Positions 9,969-19,098 of a DNA stretch of 64,000 nt are shown here, piece after piece. Source of the stretch: Candidatus Latescibacterota bacterium. Its GTDB lineage: Bacteria > Latescibacterota > UBA2968 > GCA-2709665. Position 1 is the first letter of the stretch. Every line of letters begins with the position of its first letter. Below the pieces are notes generated by a model, which worked only from the letters and a program-made list of their open reading frames with translations, had not been told where the DNA came from and made no database searches. The position numbers and the translations under genes are program-made. The stretch lies in the NCBI GenBank assembly GCA_965219455.1, contig OZ244744.1, positions 3,072,001 to 3,136,000 of the forward strand. The letters are read 5' to 3'.

Positions 9969-11705
9969 TCACCAACCGATGGCATACGACGTAGAACGTG
10001 GATCTGCACCGCCGACGCGTGTGCCCGTCTCAGGATCAACTGTAATCGCACACACCCGGCTGACCCCTGCGCTCCAATCGTCATCATCTTTAACGAGGTG
10101 CCCGCGACCTCGCAACGCCTCACGCACCGGTGGGGAGATGCGGGCTTCAACCGTTACCTCGCCGGGCAATGATCCGTGGGGCCAGAACGAATTCGGAAAA
10201 CTGTGACTGATGACACGGGGGGCCTCGATCGCTTCCTGCGGTTCCATTCCGAATTCAATGATATTGAGGAACACCTGCAGCATCCCCTGGACCTGTGCAT
10301 CACCACCGGGACAACCAAAGGGCATAAACGGCTTTCCATCTTTAAGTACCAGTGCAGGGTTCGGGGTGAGGCGTGGACGCTTCCACGGCTGCAAACAGGA
10401 GGGATGCGCCGGATCGAGCCACGTCTGCGTACCCCGTCCCGAGACGGGAAAACCCAGGCCCGGAACGACCGGGGACCAACCAACGACGTCCGAAGGGGTT
10501 GCCGAAAACGCGTTGCCCTGTTCGTCCACCGCGCAAAGGTAACTGGTATCGCTCTCCCAATGTGATATACGCTCCGGTTGCGGGCGATCCGGATCCAGGG
10601 TCGGGAAGGGACCGTTTTTCCCACGCGGTTCCGGATGGAATGGCCACGGATCACCGGCGGGCGGCATGTCACGAGCAGCTCGTTGGGGGTCAATGGCGCC
10701 CCGTCTTTCAGCGGCATAGCGCTCATCGAGCAGACCCGCCATCGGCACCTGCACAAAATCGGGGTCGCCGAAGTACGCCTCCCGATCGGCAAACGCCAAT
10801 TTGAGTCCCTCGATAATTGTGTGGAGATAGTCCGCGGATTCGTGCCCCATCCTCTGCAAGTCAACCCCTTCGAGAATCTTCAGCGCCATGTTCAACGTTG
10901 GCCCCTGACACCAGGGTCCGCAGGTATATACATCATAGCCTTTGTAGGTGATGTGCGTCGGTGGTTCGACCCGAACCGAAAATGCAGCGAGATCTTCGTA
11001 GGTCAGCAGCCCCCCCTCCTGCGCATGGAAATCGGCAATTTCCCTGGCAATTTCACCCCTGTAAATCAGATCGCGCGCGGCTCTGATTCCCGTTTCCCGA
11101 TCCCCCCCTGCCCCTCGTTCGGCGTCGATCATCCGCTGGAAGGTGTTCGCCAGATCCTTCTGGAAAAAAATTTCCCCGACTTGTGGAATATGTCCACCGG
11201 GATTAAAAACAGCAGCCGTCGATGGCCGATCTCCCAGCTCCCCGCTGACAAAGGCGTGGAACTGATCATCGACCGGATGACCGTTTTCGACGAGGTCCAG
11301 CGCGGGCTGGATGACCTGTTCAAAGGTCATGGTGCCAAACCGCGCCAACGCCGTCAACCACGCATCGGGCGATGCCGGTGTAAGGGTTCGCAAGATTCCG
11401 GGGGGCAGGTCGCTCCCGTGATATTTTCGGAAGTAGTCGATGCTTGCCGCCTGGGGCCAGCGTCCGAGTCCGCTGATGGTTTCAACGGGTGCGCCCGAAC
11501 CCGGGCAATAGATAATTGGTGCAACACCGCCAAAATGGGTGGATCCCGGTTGAAGCACGTTGATACAGATACCGACGGCGACACCGGCGTCGGCAGCGTT
11601 GCCGCCGTTTTCGAGGATACGGACCCCGCCCATGGTTGCGAGATAGTGCAACGACGAGACAACGTACCGTTTCCCGCGGACCGACGGGCGATGACTTTCT
11701 GGCAT
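9969..11705 (-). CDS. ggt: Gamma-glutamyltransferase family protein
   Basis: 'GGNAADA', 'KLAFADR', nucleophile 'DTSYLCAVD', 'GCPGGDAQ', 'GGADPR'; likely start MPESH at 11705. Confidence 0.88.
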   Translation of the reverse strand: MPESHRPSVRGKRYVVSSLHYLATMGGVRILENGGNAADAGVAVGICINVLQPGSTHFGGVAPIIYCPGSGAPVETISGLGRWPQAASIDYFRKYHGSDLPPGILRTLTPASPDAWLTALARFGTMTFEQVIQPALDLVENGHPVDDQFHAFVSGELGDRPSTAAVFNPGGHIPQVGEIFFQKDLANTFQRMIDAERGAGGDRETGIRAARDLIYRGEIAREIADFHAQEGGLLTYEDLAAFSVRVEPPTHITYKGYDVYTCGPWCQGPTLNMALKILEGVDLQRMGHESADYLHTIIEGLKLAFADREAYFGDPDFVQVPMAGLLDERYAAERRGAIDPQRAARDMPPAGDPWPFHPEPRGKNGPFPTLDPDRPQPERISHWESDTSYLCAVDEQGNAFSATPSDVVGWSPVVPGLGFPVSGRGTQTWLDPAHPSCLQPWKRPRLTPNPALVLKDGKPFMPFGCPGGDAQVQGMLQVFLNIIEFGMEPQEAIEAPRVISHSFPNSFWPHGSLPGEVTVEARISPPVREALRGRGHLVKDDDDWSAGVSRVCAITVDPETGTRVGGADPRSTSYAIGW

Positions 11706-11848
11706 ACCAGTTTTTCCTTTCGAAGGGCATTGACTTTCAAGAATTGCGATCGAACTCGACCGGGTACCTGCCCACGATACCATCGGTAATCCCACGGGCG
11801 AACGAAGTCTGGACGGAGCTGCCCGCCACGCCGGCGTTCCCGATCTGC

Positions 11849-12607
11849 TCAGAACACACCCGGGATGAGGGCATGGCGGTTGGGCGGGTAGTCCGGGAAG
11901 CGTTCCAGGTACCAGCGGTGATTGCTGCGTGCCCGGGGGGCCAGATTGGCGACCGTATAGACGCAAAACGCGAGCCCGGCGAGCGACCACGTGGCGAACG
12001 CCCAGCCCGTCCATTCCAGAATCTCGCCGAGGTAGTTCGGGCAGGAGACGTATCGGAAGGCTCCGCGTTCCGGGACGACATAACCTGTCTTCCCGTGTTT
12101 TCGCAGGCTGAGCAGGATATTGTCGCTGTGTAAGTTCAGAACGATGCCGCCGATAAAAACCGCCACGCCTATAAGGAAACACGGGTTGATTAACCACGAA
12201 ACACCGTACTCGACGAAGTGGGAGACAAACCGGGCGTTGACGTAAGCGTTCAGCACATTGATGAAGAACCCCGATCCAACGACAACAAGCGGCATTCTTC
12301 GCCCGGTCCGGGTCCGGAACGGGTAGATGAGCGTCCGGTTCAGGTAATGGCTCTGCCACATCGCCAGGAAAACCAGCGACAGGAGGCTGCACCTCGAGCT
12401 CCCTTGCAGATAGACGAACAGGAAGAAGAAGACCGCCGGACATTCCATGCCGATCCAGCCCGCCGTGCTGGAGACGGTCGGCCCCCAACCGTATCCCGGA
12501 TAGTGGCGGCCGTAAGGCGCTGGCGTCCTGAGCAAATACAGGAAGGTCCCGCCGGCCAAGCCGAATATGATCCACACCAGCAGGCGGTAGATGTCCGGCT
12601 CCGTCAT
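11849..12607 (-). CDS. 3-oxo-5-alpha-steroid 4-dehydrogenase (steroid 5-alpha reductase) family
   Basis: 'APYGRH', 'GWIGMECPA', 'HYLNR', 'NLHSDNIL..LR', 'YVSCPNYLGEILEW', 'NLAPRA..HRWY…F'. Confidence 0.9.
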   Translation of the reverse strand: MTEPDIYRLLVWIIFGLAGGTFLYLLRTPAPYGRHYPGYGWGPTVSSTAGWIGMECPAVFFFLFVYLQGSSRCSLLSLVFLAMWQSHYLNRTLIYPFRTRTGRRMPLVVVGSGFFINVLNAYVNARFVSHFVEYGVSWLINPCFLIGVAVFIGGIVLNLHSDNILLSLRKHGKTGYVVPERGAFRYVSCPNYLGEILEWTGWAFATWSLAGLAFCVYTVANLAPRARSNHRWYLERFPDYPPNRHALIPGVF

Positions 12608-12654
12608 ATCAGCCGTCCTGCATCAGGATGAGATTGGTACGGAACTTGTATTTG

Positions 12655-13656
12655 TCAATGCGCGTCCTCCACGGTATTCGGGAGTGTTCGGACCCACCTT
12701 TCAGACTGGTCCCACAGGCGTTCAGCGGCGACTTCGTCCTGGCTGTCCACGGTGGGTTCCACGATGCCACACCGCTCGTAATATTTCCCGCCCTGCAATG
12801 CCCTCGTGCTCGCACACATCACGGTGGTTTGCGCGCCGGCATTCGGGGTCAGCAGGACCAGTGAGGTCAGCGCGGAACTGATTCGATGCGCAGCCTTGCC
12901 CATCCGGCCCCGAAACGCCTGCGGCAGGGTCAGGTTGGTCATTACGACTCCCGGATGTACAGCCACCGCGTGCAGGTTGCATGATTCACCAAAACGTCTT
13001 TCGATTTCACAGGCCATGTGAATCATCGCCAGTTTTGACAGGCCGTACGCGTCCCAGGAGTGGTAGAGCGCCATATCGGTGAAAAGGTTTTCGTTCCCGA
13101 CCCGGTCGTGGAGGCCGGAGGACAGGTTGACCACCCGTGCATCGCCGCTTTCGAGTCCACTTCGTTGCAGGAGTGGAAGCAGCGCCCAGGTCAGGTGAAA
13201 GGCGCCGAGATAATTGGTCCGCCAGTGTATTTCGCGGCCATCTTCGGCTAACGGGGGCTCCTTACGCGGCGTGAAGGTCTTCCTGTGAATGCCCGCGTTG
13301 TTTACCAGCACATGGAGTTTATCCTGGTGCTTTTCGCGATACCTTGTGGCGAAGCCATTGACGCTGTCCGGATCGCAGAGATCCAACCTGTGCGCCGTGA
13401 TGTTGTTCTCGCTGGCGCCGATCTTTCGAAGTTCATCTTTCAGCGACGATTCCATTAGAGGCACATTGCGCACGCAGGTCGCCACGACCGTCGCACCCCA
13501 GCTTGCCAGGATCCTCGCGGTTTCGAACCCGAGGGAATTCGGCGACGCCCCGGTTACGATCACGTGGCGGTCCGTCATATCGACCGGCGTCGCCGACGGT
13601 TGACGGGTGCACAGCTGAATCAGATGCCTGGTGAATTTGGACAGGATTCGTGGCAT
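12655..13656 (-). CDS. Short-chain dehydrogenase/reductase (retinol dehydrogenase-like)
   Basis: 'VTGASPNSLG', 'VNNAG', 'NLSS', 'YGLSK'. Confidence 0.88.
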   Translation of the reverse strand: MPRILSKFTRHLIQLCTRQPSATPVDMTDRHVIVTGASPNSLGFETARILASWGATVVATCVRNVPLMESSLKDELRKIGASENNITAHRLDLCDPDSVNGFATRYREKHQDKLHVLVNNAGIHRKTFTPRKEPPLAEDGREIHWRTNYLGAFHLTWALLPLLQRSGLESGDARVVNLSSGLHDRVGNENLFTDMALYHSWDAYGLSKLAMIHMACEIERRFGESCNLHAVAVHPGVVMTNLTLPQAFRGRMGKAAHRISSALTSLVLLTPNAGAQTTVMCASTRALQGGKYYERCGIVEPTVDSQDEVAAERLWDQSERWVRTLPNTVEDAH

Positions 13657-13760
13657 GTTTCTGTGTATGCTGACGTAGCTCCCGCGATTTCGTCCCAGGG
13701 CTTCACTGGCTTCCTGCAGTCTGATTTCGTTTTCGAGGTCAACCGCGGCAGGCCCGACGC

Positions 13761-14618
13761 TCAGAAGTTCGCGCGGTAGTTGATTGCCTGCAAGTTTACG
13801 TGACGTCTTACGTCCCCTGGTAGCTGGAAAAGCCCGGGTTTCTGGCGGAATTCAAAGAGCCGGTAGAGATGGAATGCGTTCGCGTTCGCCTTGGAGAATC
13901 GGACCTCGCCGGCGCTGATGTAGAATGGCGTTAGCTTGCCGTAACGTGTCGTTTTGACCTCGATGAATCGATCACGTCCGCTGACTTCGTACGACCGGAT
14001 ATCAAAGCCGGCACGGTCGCCCACGGTTTTGGAGACCTGCTCGACGTTTCTGGCCAGGCGGTCCTTGCCTTCACGCAGCAGGCGGGTGCGCTCAAACTTC
14101 ATGACCAGTGCTTCTCCGGCATCTCCGAGAGATCGATTCAGCGCTTCCATCTGGAGATAGTTGATCGGTGGGCCAGGTTGGCTGGAAACTACGTAATCAA
14201 TCGATCCCTCACCTACCGAACCAGAAGCAGGCACAGGCGGATCGACACCGATACCGAGCACATCGACCACTGTGAAACGGTCCTGGAGTGCCGTGACATC
14301 GGCTACGACCAGGTCCTCAAGCGACGAAAGGTGCTCGCGCACCACGTCCCTCAGCATGTGCTGGATGTTACGGAGCGGTTTGTAACCGTTGATGTACGGG
14401 AACCCCAACTCGATCAGGACTGCGCTGATGTTCTGATGTTTGCGCTCTACCGCGCCATGTGACCGGTCATCCAGCCGCGCACGGAGCGCCCTATTGCGGG
14501 CGGCTTTGTTATAGGGTCCACCGGAAAGTTCCGAAGCCAGCATATCGAAATAGTCTCGAACAGTGGCTTCGACCTCCTGTCGGCTCCAACTGCTAAGGCT
14601 CGGCACATTCCCCTTCAT
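13761..14618 (-). CDS. DUF3883 (NO VEIN C-terminal) PD-(D/E)xK nuclease-domain protein
   Basis: 'GDAGEALV..FE', 'GFDIRS', 'RFIEVKTT', 'FYISAGE' motifs. Confidence 0.8.
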   Translation of the reverse strand: MKGNVPSLSSWSRQEVEATVRDYFDMLASELSGGPYNKAARNRALRARLDDRSHGAVERKHQNISAVLIELGFPYINGYKPLRNIQHMLRDVVREHLSSLEDLVVADVTALQDRFTVVDVLGIGVDPPVPASGSVGEGSIDYVVSSQPGPPINYLQMEALNRSLGDAGEALVMKFERTRLLREGKDRLARNVEQVSKTVGDRAGFDIRSYEVSGRDRFIEVKTTRYGKLTPFYISAGEVRFSKANANAFHLYRLFEFRQKPGLFQLPGDVRRHVNLQAINYRANF

Positions 14619-14670
14619 GACGATTCCAGAATCCCGCGCAAGTCATCTGTGATATGATTTGTTATTTGAG

Positions 14671-15885
14671 TTACTCTGACGGGACCTCTACAACATAAAT
14701 ATCAAAAGTCCTCTCGGGGCTGGAGAGAAAGGCGATTTTCCTGCCGTCAGGCGACCAGGCCGGAGTGTACTCGGCAGTTTCTCTATTCGTTAATCGTTTG
14801 ACATTCGTACCGTCAGCGTTCATTACTAAGAGTGGGCCGTCTCCCTCAGCTGAGTAAACGACTCTGGCGCCGTCCGGCGACCATGCGGCATCTACCCACA
14901 AATCATCCCAGATATCCTGAGAGGTCAGGCGAGTGACCTCGCTACCGTCAGCATTCATCACATACATATCGCCATAGTTTGTGCGGGCATTGTCGCGCCT
15001 TGACCAGAAGGTAATTCTTGTTCCGTCAGGCGACCACGTAGGCAGAATGCTACCTTCGGTATCTGCGGTGAGTTGCGTAACCGTTGCCGACTCAACATCC
15101 ACCACAGAAATCACGGCGAACCTATTTTCATTGGAATCAACACCTATAGACATAAAGGCGATCTTTTTACTGTCGGGTGACCAGACCGGAAGCCAATCCT
15201 GGACAGTACTGTTCGTTAGCCGTGTGAGATCTGCGCCTTCCGGACCCGCCACGTAAATTTCAAAGTTCCCGTCCTGGTTGGAAGAAAAGGCGATCCTGGC
15301 GCCGTCAGGTGACCAGGAAGGGTATATATCTTCTGCGTCATTATTTGTAAGGCGAGTGAGACCTTCACCATTTGCACCTACCTTATAGATCTCTGCATTC
15401 CCGTCCCGAGCAGAGGAAAAAGCGATGTGCTCACCGTCCGGCGACCAGGCTAGCGTCGTGTATAATTCGGTATCCACTGCAATTGAAGTGGCTAATCTTA
15501 TTGAATCACCACCATCCGCATTCATCACCCACAACTCCGGATCTTCAATACCGGAGAGATAAGCAATCTTTCGGCCGTCCGGCGGTGACCACGTGGGATG
15601 TAATTCGATGGTCTCGCTATTCGTCAAACGGGTGAGTTCGACAACACACGGTTTACCGAACAACCTCGCGAAGGCCAGAAAGTCGGCCAGATTAATTGCG
15701 CCATTGGTATCCAGATCCATTGCAGCGTTATAACCCGCTTCACCCTGCTGACCCCCAAATACAACGGCGAAGGCAAGAAAATCAGCGAAGTCAACCCGCC
15801 TGTCGTTGTCGAAGTCACCTGGACAACCGGAAGCCGGGGCTGTGATAACCAGGACCGCGAAGAGGACAACTGATCTGAAAAACAT
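14671..15885 (-). CDS. Secreted TolB-like PD40-repeat protein with N-terminal EF-hand/dockerin-like domain
   Basis: Signal peptide; 'GDFDNDRRVDFADFL…DLDTNGAINLADFL'; about seven WSPDG-type repeats. Confidence 0.85.
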   Translation of the reverse strand: MFFRSVVLFAVLVITAPASGCPGDFDNDRRVDFADFLAFAVVFGGQQGEAGYNAAMDLDTNGAINLADFLAFARLFGKPCVVELTRLTNSETIELHPTWSPPDGRKIAYLSGIEDPELWVMNADGGDSIRLATSIAVDTELYTTLAWSPDGEHIAFSSARDGNAEIYKVGANGEGLTRLTNNDAEDIYPSWSPDGARIAFSSNQDGNFEIYVAGPEGADLTRLTNSTVQDWLPVWSPDSKKIAFMSIGVDSNENRFAVISVVDVESATVTQLTADTEGSILPTWSPDGTRITFWSRRDNARTNYGDMYVMNADGSEVTRLTSQDIWDDLWVDAAWSPDGARVVYSAEGDGPLLVMNADGTNVKRLTNRETAEYTPAWSPDGRKIAFLSSPERTFDIYVVEVPSE

Positions 15886-16007
15886 AAATGGCTCCCTAGT
15901 AGAAAACCAGATACCTATTAATATAGTCTGAATTACAAGTAAAAAAAGGTAGTTTCCTTACACAAGTCATTGTATTATATTATGGTTAGCCCAATAACCA
16001 AACAACA

Positions 16008-16230
16008 ATGAACTTGGAAGAAACTACCGTGGAAGGGCAAGATAGACATCAAAGGCTGTCTTGCGCAAGTGTTTCGGGCGAGCCGGTAAAAGCCGCCTTC
16101 GCCAGCAGTCCTGCCTGCGCCGCTACCGTCGCGGCAGGCAGGCATCTTGACGAGCGACAGCGGGGCGATGCTGCTTCGCAAGGTGGCGTCCAGGATCGGC
16201 ATTTTGTATCGGATCGTTGAGGCGATAACT
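16008..16230 (+). pseudogene. IS1380-family transposase N-terminal remnant interrupted by a REP palindrome
   Basis: 'VSGEPVKAAF' then REP 16110-16142, then 'LTSDSGAMLLRKVASRIGI' in another frame. Confidence 0.6.
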
Positions 16231-16404
16231 GTTAGAATCGGCTTTAAATTAAACAGTAGCAACGGTATAAAGGTGGACACTTTCGTGAAGAATGGGTTGT
16301 AGGAAGAAGAGAAGCTCTGCCTGTGCGTGCTGCCTCACGCACGCAGCCGGGGCCGAATCCAGGCAATTAATCCGTGGACAGAACACGAGGGAACCGGAGA
16401 CAGG

Positions 16405-16600
16405 ATGCGAAAGGTTGAAAAGCACCAACACGGAACGCCGTGTTGGGTTGATCTGGCGACAACTGATTTGGCTGGAGCGAAAGCGTTCTACGCCGGGTTA
16501 TTCGGTTGGGAGTATGTGGACGAGGAGATGGGGGAGATGGACATCGGGGTCTATTCGATGGCGATGCTGGACGGGTCTGCGACGGCGGATCGTGAACTCA
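16405..16600 (+). pseudogene. VOC/glyoxalase family protein, 5' fragment
   Basis: 'HGTPCWVDLATTDLAGAKAFYAGLFGWEY…YSMAMLDG' then loses similarity. Confidence 0.65.
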
Positions 16601-17335
16601 CGCCCTCCCACCCGTCAAAATTGACACCACCTGAGGGACTGCCTCTTCCACGCTTTCATCCACTTTAGCGCCTTCCATGGGTGCAGCGTGCGCACGCAGT
16701 TCGATATTCCGGTAGCCCGCGACGCCGTCAAGAGTACTGGACCAGGCGCCGGCTCCGCGAGGCCTGATTCCGGCTTCCAGTTCCTTTCGAGGATACTCCC
16801 ATATCAGGTCCTTGCCGCGGTAGCGAACCCGGTCCCCCGCCTTCACGTCGCTCATCCTCATCCTGCGGTGTACACCGAAGTGAATCAGCCTGTGATGGAC
16901 GTCGTCTGACTGCGGTCCGGAGGCCTCCCATCCCTCAACCAGATAGTTTCCCGTTGCATGCGACAGGCTGAATCCATCACCATCGCGTTCGATCATTGGT
17001 ACTCTTCCTGCGGCCGTGATGTAGGCGGTTGGTATGCCTCTCATCTCGAACTCCAGCATATCGTGCAAACTGCACGAACTGGCGCCGCATCAATCCACAA
17101 CGCCCATAACAAGCCCGTCGCACCGTGGAACGATTGCCTCCAGAAGCTTCTTCGTGCAGACGCGGTAGGGGGATGACTTTTTCCAGGGTCCCACCACATT
17201 CGCGTTGTACTCTGCCGCGAGCCGCTCCCCAACAGCATTGAGAACGGCTCCCGCGGTACGCTTTCCCGGGTCCAGAAGTCCGATCCTGGCGTCATTCAGG
17301 CGGGTCAGGCGGGATGCGGGTTCAATTCTTGACAC
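16598..17335 (-). CDS. UGSC-family selenoprotein (thioredoxin-like), TGA at 17090-17092 read as Sec
   Basis: ORFs 17090..17335 and 16598..17068 are in frame: 'GVVD-U-CGASSCSLHDMLEFEMRGIPTAYIT'; SECIS-like hairpin 17061-17077; AGGAG RBS before GTG. Confidence 0.75.
17061..17077 (-). promoter_or_regulatory. Putative bacterial SECIS element
   Basis: TCGTGCA-GTT-TGCACGA perfect 7-bp stem with apical G-U, starting 12 nt after the UGA. Confidence 0.65.
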
Positions 17336-17481
17336 AGGTCTTCTCCTTTCTGATCTTACCTCTCGGTTAACGTCCGAAATGTCAGCGTATAGGGCAAGTC
17401 CCGGGCCTGGGCGCGTTCGAGCGCTTCTACCCTAGATTCCCGGCCTAATATAGCCGAAGAAAGGTCCGATGTCTGCTAAAA

Positions 17482-17924
17482 GTGTCCTGTCACAAAGATA
17501 TCTCACCATTCTCCCGCCGACTCATCTTGTCTCGCGGCGTTGTTAAAAGACGGTGAGACGGAAGACGTAAGCCGTGTTAGTTACTTTCCCGTACCACTCG
17601 TCCGCTAATGGACACTCGTTGTGCGAAACGAGAAGTGGATTGGGCAGCGGAGCGCAAGACCTACCCCCTTTCCCCCTTCCTGAAGGAAGGGGGGAACTGT
17701 CATTGGTTGACGACATAACGACAGTTAAAGAATCCACGCGACATATTGTTACGGGTCAACGCTCGTCTCCCCCTTTCCTTTAGGAGAGGGGGCCGGGGGG
17801 AGAGGTCACGGCGCTGATGTCAACTGATTGGGTTTTTGCTTCAAGCTGACGGCTGAGAGCTGAGAGCTGTTATTGCTGCTTCTGATCGGCCGGATTTTGG
17901 CAAACTATCTTCCGGACAGAACAC
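17482..17924. mobile_element. Composite MITE-like element with TIRs GTGTCCTGTCACAAAGAT…ATCTTCCGGACAGAACAC
   Basis: TIRs visible; the right ~150 bp is shared with 58046-58208 and (inverted) 44677-44835. Confidence 0.6.
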
Positions 17925-17993
17925 AAGTTGGCGTAATCACCCCTGGTCGCGTTTGCGCGACCGAAGTAGCCGAGCGAATTTGAGGAGGTCTTA

Positions 17994-18731
17994 ATGTTAA
18001 CTGACGAACAGGTCCGGCAGTTTCGAGAAGATGGGTATCTCGTTTTTGAAGCCCTGATACAAGGCGAACGATTGGCCTGTTACAAGCGCGTGTTTGATGA
18101 ACTGGTTGCAGAGGGGCGTAAAATGACCGGGGAGACGCCGCACTGGGCGCTCGAGTTGGACGAACGCGGTAAACCCCGGGCAGGTTTGTTGCACAAAGTT
18201 CAGGGGGTTTGCGTGGTCGATGCCCGCGTGTTGAAACTGGCGCGTGAACCGGCGATTTTAGACCGCGTCGCAGGTTTGATTGGTGAAAATATCGATGTGT
18301 TTGGCACCAAGTTTTTTCCGAAGTTGCCCAACGGCGGCACGTCAACGAGCTGGCATCAGGACAATTTTTATTTTGGCACCGATACGGATCGCATTGTCAG
18401 TTGCGGAATTTATCTGGAAGATTCAGACGTGGAGAATGGGTGTCTGCGGGTGGTACCCGGCAGCCACCGGACAGGCGAGATTGTCACGCACCGCAAAAAT
18501 CCAGGCAGGCATGGCAGTTGGACGGAGGTCGATGATTCGCGGTCCGTGGATCTGGTCATTCCCGCCGGCACGGTTGTTCTGTTTTCCGCCAATCTCTTGC
18601 ACGGCGCCTATGATAACCACAGCAATCGCACGCGCTACAGTACGGCCTGGCATTATCTGCCGGAGGAACTCAATCCGGAAAGGTTTCCAAAGGGAAGTTA
18701 CGAAGATCGACACGTGGCGCGTAAGCATTGA
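17994..18731 (+). CDS. Phytanoyl-CoA dioxygenase (PhyH) family protein
   Basis: 'QFREDGY', 'WHQD', 'NGCLRVVPGSH', 'LLHGA..N.SNRTR'. Confidence 0.9.
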   Translation: MLTDEQVRQFREDGYLVFEALIQGERLACYKRVFDELVAEGRKMTGETPHWALELDERGKPRAGLLHKVQGVCVVDARVLKLAREPAILDRVAGLIGENIDVFGTKFFPKLPNGGTSTSWHQDNFYFGTDTDRIVSCGIYLEDSDVENGCLRVVPGSHRTGEIVTHRKNPGRHGSWTEVDDSRSVDLVIPAGTVVLFSANLLHGAYDNHSNRTRYSTAWHYLPEELNPERFPKGSYEDRHVARKH

Positions 18732-18789
18732 GAAGCGGGGTCCGGGGGCTGGTCGGTGTGTTGATGAACTGCCCTGAAAGGTTGCCAGT

Positions 18790-18982
18790 TGTACCGCGTT
18801 CCGCTGATTCGTGTAGGGCTGCCGGCGGTGCCCCTTCAGACGGCCCCGCCTCAGCCGCAATTCGAGTTCGCCGCTTAACCTCCTCCGCGATTCGCACCCT
18901 GCCCCGCGAGCCGTAGGGAGGAGTAGACCCTACGCTGCCCGGTTGATCCCTGAAACGCGCCGATATTTTCCGCAACGGTACT
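18790..18982. repeat. Dispersed non-coding repeat (second copy ~39003-39200)
   Basis: Shared CCGCA.TTCGAGTTCGCCGC…GAGCCGTA.GGAGGAGT…GATCCCTGAAACGCG…CGGTACT. Confidence 0.55.
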
Positions 18983-19037
18983 GAGAGAAATCCCGAAAGA
19001 TCAGGTGCGAGGAAAAGCGTCTATTTCATAATATAGC

Positions 19038-19066
19038 TTGTTTCCCAGGAAGCGAAACATTATATT
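19038..19066 (+). promoter_or_regulatory. Sigma70-like promoter with overlapping inverted repeat
   Basis: TTGTTT-17bp-TATATT; TGTTTC-N9-GAAACA inverted repeat at 19039-19059. Confidence 0.5.
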
Positions 19067-19098
19067 TAGTGAAACGACTTTAATAGCGTAGGAGATCC

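Noticed and set aside
11706-12575. N-terminal extension making GGT 868 aa
   Set aside because: It overlaps the steroid-reductase gene in another frame; GGT motifs start at MPESH (11705)
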